From contig NW_005202427.1 of the NCBI RefSeq assembly GCF_000372725.1, positions 62,001-126,000 on the forward strand: a stretch of 64,000 nucleotides of DNA, written 5' to 3'. The DNA comes from Emiliania huxleyi CCMP1516. Its lineage: Eukaryota. This document shows positions 59,791 through 64,000 of the stretch, piece after piece. Both the position numbers and the translations under genes were made by a program. The notes below the pieces were generated by a model that worked only from the letters and a program-made list of their open reading frames with translations, ran no database searches and was not told the origin of the DNA. Within the stretch, counting starts at the first letter, position 1; every line of letters begins with the position of its first letter.

Positions 59791-60246
59791 CACCAAATGC
59801 CGCCTCAGGGCGCCAGGCCGCCAGCCACCTCTTACAGCGGCCGGCGCCCTCTCGCGGCAAAAGGGTCGAGCGAGCGGGCAGAGTCGCGCGATGTCTGCGC
59901 ACCCACGTGCCGATGGGCGGCACACGCAATCGAGAGAGGCCCTGTCACGCCGCCAGTAGCGTTCCGCACTCCCCACGCCACCAATTGCCGCCTCAGGGCG
60001 CCAGCCACCTCTTGCACGCGGCCGGCGCCCTCTCGCGGCAAAAGGGTCGAGCGAGCGGGCAGAGTCGCGATGTCCCTGCGCACCCGCGTGTTCGCCGCCT
60101 ATATGCTCTATCCTGTGCCAAGACGGACACATTTTGACAATCAAAATCTACCTCAAAATTTGCGGCCGCCCCTCGAAATTTGCTGATCAAAATTTGCGGT
60201 GGCCCGGATCGAAACCTGTACTTTGGCCAATCCGCTATCCCTCCCG

Positions 60247-60346
60247 NNNNNNNNNNNNNNNNNNNNNNNNNNNNNNNNNNNNNNNNNNNNNNNNNNNNNN
60301 NNNNNNNNNNNNNNNNNNNNNNNNNNNNNNNNNNNNNNNNNNNNNN
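60247..60346. other. Assembly gap with low-quality duplicated flank
   Basis: N run; 60347-60470 repeats about 60112-60240 with errors. Confidence 0.9.
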
Positions 60347-60602
60347 CCTGGGCCAAGAGGGACCCATTTTGACAATCAAAATTTCCCTCAAAATTTGGGG
60401 CCCCCCCTGAAAATTTGCGGATCAAAATTTGGGGGGGCCCGGATGGAAACCTGTTTTTTGGCAAACCCCCCCCCCCCCCCCCGCCCCCTTGCCCTTGTTG
60501 GGGTTGTCCTCGACAATGTCCATCAAGCAGGTCGCCTCCAGCAGCGTACGCAGTACTCAGCGGGTTTTGCCCCCCCCCCCCCCTTCCCCCCCCCGCCGCC
60601 TT

Positions 60603-61349
60603 TTATAGAAGCCCCTCAGCCGGCGCGGCGATCCAAGACCGCCGACTGGCCCGGCGTGCAATGAGCACTGAGAGCAAGCCAAGGAGCGCGAAGACAAGTG
60701 TGCCAGCCAGAGACACGGGCGCGATTTGTGCGCTTCGATTAATGGGCGCGCCACCATCCACCAGGAAACCAATGCTGGGTTTCTTCCAAAAGTTGACCTT
60801 GACGTCACGTTGCGCGTCTTCGACTTTGATCACCTCTGCCACCCCGTCGTAGCTGTCGCTACCACCCCAATTCTCGACGTCCCGCTTCACCTTGTACGTG
60901 GTCCAGCCTGGCTGCCGCTCAATCGTGACCTGCGCAACCTCATCTGAAGCAAATTGTTGCTCGGTGCAGCACCAGCAGCTCGGCGATTCCCCGGCTGTGC
61001 TGGGGACAAAAACAGAATAGATGCCGAGGCACTCGATGCTGCCTCTCACAGCCGCATCACAAGTGGCGTTCGGCAGTTCCGTCGGCGCTGCGGGCGGCAG
61101 TGGCACATTCTTTGGCCTTTTCCGCTCTGGACAGCCGCCCAGAGAGTTGAGCTTGTAGCCTGGCCAAGTGCCCGTTGTGATCTTTGCCTCTGCTTTGGCT
61201 ATAGCCGCCGCCTCCTCCTCCTCGGTCCAGAGCGGGCCCCAGTCCCATTCCCCGTCATCGTCCCACCCGACCCCGCCCACCGAGCCTCCGAAACCGCCCC
61301 AAAAGCCGAGCGGCATGACGCCCCCGACCAGACAGAGGCCGATCAGCAT
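60603..61349 (-). CDS. Hypothetical membrane protein
   Basis: 248-aa ORF with hydrophobic N-terminus, Cys cluster and C-terminal TM (LAGTLVFALLGLLSVLIA) followed by basic residues. Confidence 0.55.
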   Translation of the reverse strand: MLIGLCLVGGVMPLGFWGGFGGSVGGVGWDDDGEWDWGPLWTEEEEAAAIAKAEAKITTGTWPGYKLNSLGGCPERKRPKNVPLPPAAPTELPNATCDAAVRGSIECLGIYSVFVPSTAGESPSCWCCTEQQFASDEVAQVTIERQPGWTTYKVKRDVENWGGSDSYDGVAEVIKVEDAQRDVKVNFWKKPSIGFLVDGGAPINRSAQIAPVSLAGTLVFALLGLLSVLIARRASRRSWIAAPAEGLL

Positions 61350-62224
61350 GCTGCTTCCGGCCTCTGTGGTAAAACGCTTTGATATTTGTCGCGCTCGCTT
61401 TTCTTCTCGACCGTTTTAGCCCCAACTGATCATGAAAGGGGGGACGTGGCCCTGAGTTATGTGTACGCCAACTGAGGGTGTGTGGCAGCCAAGCTGGCTA
61501 TGTGTCTTGTGAGCTTGTTTGTGTCTGTGTGTCGCTCGTGCGTCTCGTCATCATCTGTCTCGCGTCCACCCATACCGAGAGAAGAACTCTCTCCCCATAT
61601 CGCGTTGGTGTCCAGTCCGAGCCTGGCTGTTCTTCACCTTCCTAACTAACTAACTGATCATGTCCGTTCTCCCCCTCTGGACCAAAATCTATCTTCGGGT
61701 ATGTTCGTAGAGCCGCATGACTGAATATCTCGAGCGACTTCTTTCTTGTTCCCCGACGACGCTTGTTCTCCGAGATAGATGTGTGTGGTCCTACCTACTT
61801 ACTAAGATCTAAGTAAGGAGGAGAAGAACAGCCAGGCTCGGACTGACACCGGCGCGGCGACAGGCAGGAGTGACGGCACTACCCCCCCCCCCCCTTCGCC
61901 CTCCCCTCGCGACTTGCTTGGGTAGTTCACATAAGCGCCACAACCCCGGGCCCGAACGAAATCGCACAGAGACATGCATGCATGCGTAGAGTTCACACAT
62001 CACAGCTCTGGACCAGGTGCTTGATTACGTTACCGGATCCCAGCGATAAGCTCCCGAATTCCGGAATCCGGCCGCCGATTCCGTTCCCATGCAGGTGTCA
62101 TCATGCATTTCCTATAAGGAAACGACCATCAGGAAACGACCATCTGTAGAGGCAATCGCCGTCCGGAGGCTTCCTTCGGTCGTCCATTGCTGCGATTTCG
62201 CCGTCGTAGTGGCCGTCGCCCGAG

Positions 62225-63994
62225 ATGACGGCATCCGAGGCCGGGTCCTCGGGGGAGGAGGTGACAGGGGAGGTAATGACGCGGGAGGAAGAGCCGAAGC
62301 AAGCGGACTCTTCAGACCCGCCAGACAGTGATGATGATGGCATTGATCGTGCAGGCGCATTTGATGTGGAGAGCCCGAGCCGGTTTGGAGCGCCGCCCAA
62401 GCACAGTGGTTGTAACTCCAACACGCCAGGGAACAAATTCCGGATCAAGAGCAACCAGATGCGGAACCGGTCCGTCTCACACCCGAATCTCTCCAGCGAG
62501 GCCCCCAACAGTGGCCTGCAGACAGCCCCGAGGCGGCGGCTGATTGGGTTTGGGTCCAAGCTGCCAGGGCAGCAGGAAATGGCGGCTCTCCGGGCGCGGC
62601 AAGCGGCAGCCGAGCTGCTTCCCGCCATGCTTACCTCCGCTCTCTTCGCTACGCTCCTGCTGCTGCACCTGGGCCGCGTCCTCGCCTGCAGCTCGGGCAC
62701 GCCGCAAAGCCTGAGCGCGCTGATGCCAAGGAACTGGGACTGGAAGTGCGTCGGGGACCCGATCATGAATCGCCGCTTCGTCCCATTGCACGCGCTTGCT
62801 GTCTGCGTCTTCTGCACCCGCTTCGTGCTCGAGCTGCGGAGCTGCTTTCAGTTCCTGCGCCGCAGCTGGAGGCTGCGCGCCTCGGATACAGCGCAGGATG
62901 CAGCGATGCGGCTGGGTGCGCCGACAGCGCCCCTGCGACCTAGCCTACACACGCAGCGAGTCCCCGCTACCCCTCACCCCTCCACCCCCCCCCCCCCCCC
63001 CCACCCCCCCCACCCCACCCCCCCACCCCCCCCACCCCTCTCACCGCCTCGATCACGGCGTGCAGGGGAGAAGCTCGAGCAGTGGCGTTCCCACGCGGCA
63101 AGCGTTGGCCAAGACAGCACCAAGGTGCTGCTCGCGCGGCTCGCGGAGGTCTTCATCGCAGTGTACACTCTTTGCCTCTTCCCACCCATCGAGGATATCA
63201 CATACGCACCCAGCTCGGAGCCGTCGATCGTAAAGTTGACCCCGGGCCCGTCGCGTCCTTGCGTGGACACGTCCAACCAATGCGGTGACTGGGCTAAAGC
63301 GGGCGAGTGCGAGAAGAACCCGCGCTTCATGCTGAGGACGTGCTCAAAAGCGTGCGGCGGGTGCGGCGCGACAACGTCCGCCCCCCAGCCCACCGTCGAA
63401 GACCGCGAACCGTGGTGGCTCGGGACTGAATACTTCTACGAGCCGTGGCCTGAGGAGGCCCCTCGGACGGTCGCCTTGTTCGCTGGGAGCCTGCTGCTGG
63501 GGCTGGCTGCCTTGAGGCTGCTCGCGCCGCCGCGTGCTGTGCAGACGGCGCGCGGCTCCGCGCATTCCATTCGTACCCCGCCAGCTAACGACCCTGAGCC
63601 CGTCTTGCCTCCCGCCCCCTCTCAGATCCTCATCGGCCCTGCGCACTACTTGCTGCTGATCGCGCAGCTCATCCTTGCGGTCGGCACGGCGCTCTGCCGC
63701 GCGCCCGCCGTAGCGTGTGCCATCATCAGCGGCGCCGCAAACGCAATCCGCTGCCGCATCATCATGTTCCTCGGCGGAACAGCTCCCGCCGTGGCTGAGG
63801 AAAAGGCTGCTACCCGGGTGCCGAGCCCTGCGAGGTCGCACAGCGAGCCCTCGCCGCGACGGCGCCTGAGCAGGTCATCGAACCAGACCCCGAGGAAGGC
63901 AAGGCTCAAGTCGCCGCCCGTGATGACGGAGGCCGATGTGACCGACTGCAGCAGCTCTTCCCTCACGGCCGATGAGGTCTCTAAAGACAAATGA
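62225..63994 (+). CDS. Multi-pass membrane protein with ShKT domain; probably contains in-frame introns
   Basis: CVDTSNQCGDWAKAGECEKNPRFMLRTCSKACGGC; several hydrophobic segments; C-rich intron-like tracts at about 62915-63066 and 63530-63625. Confidence 0.7.
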   Translation: MTASEAGSSGEEVTGEVMTREEEPKQADSSDPPDSDDDGIDRAGAFDVESPSRFGAPPKHSGCNSNTPGNKFRIKSNQMRNRSVSHPNLSSEAPNSGLQTAPRRRLIGFGSKLPGQQEMAALRARQAAAELLPAMLTSALFATLLLLHLGRVLACSSGTPQSLSALMPRNWDWKCVGDPIMNRRFVPLHALAVCVFCTRFVLELRSCFQFLRRSWRLRASDTAQDAAMRLGAPTAPLRPSLHTQRVPATPHPSTPPPPPHPPHPTPPPPPPLSPPRSRRAGEKLEQWRSHAASVGQDSTKVLLARLAEVFIAVYTLCLFPPIEDITYAPSSEPSIVKLTPGPSRPCVDTSNQCGDWAKAGECEKNPRFMLRTCSKACGGCGATTSAPQPTVEDREPWWLGTEYFYEPWPEEAPRTVALFAGSLLLGLAALRLLAPPRAVQTARGSAHSIRTPPANDPEPVLPPAPSQILIGPAHYLLLIAQLILAVGTALCRAPAVACAIISGAANAIRCRIIMFLGGTAPAVAEEKAATRVPSPARSHSEPSPRRRLSRSSNQTPRKARLKSPPVMTEADVTDCSSSSLTADEVSKDK

Positions 63995-64000
63995 TGATCC

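Overview
GC-rich eukaryotic genomic DNA with three N-gaps, short GC-rich introns (many with GC donors), plastid-type presequences and interstitial TTAGGG repeats. This fits a haptophyte such as Emiliania (Gephyrocapsa) huxleyi (inference, not database-confirmed). About 20 genes or gene remnants are recognisable: MFS transporter, two-RRM protein, KHA+GARP-Myb, VWA8, SAP/HAD-like protein, peptide deformylase, NDUFB7, strawberry notch, phosphate-carrier-like protein, O-FucT+DUF616 fusion, aldo-keto reductase, parvulin, double hotdog thioesterase, cytochrome b5 reductase, homogentisate prenyltransferase, ShKT protein and several unknowns. The intergenic DNA is dense with non-autonomous, often nested TIR elements with readable target-site duplications. 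No single new multi-gene system is evident. The most notable signals are: (1) several introns whose 5' part copies the next exon, suggesting intron birth by tandem duplication; (2) repeat families and a GAGCACTTG motif sitting just upstream of genes in consistent orientation; (3) a pervasive short-duplication mutational signature; (4) local copy-paste of gene 5' ends; (5) three genes with disabling lesions. Coordinates were read by eye and may be off by a few bases.
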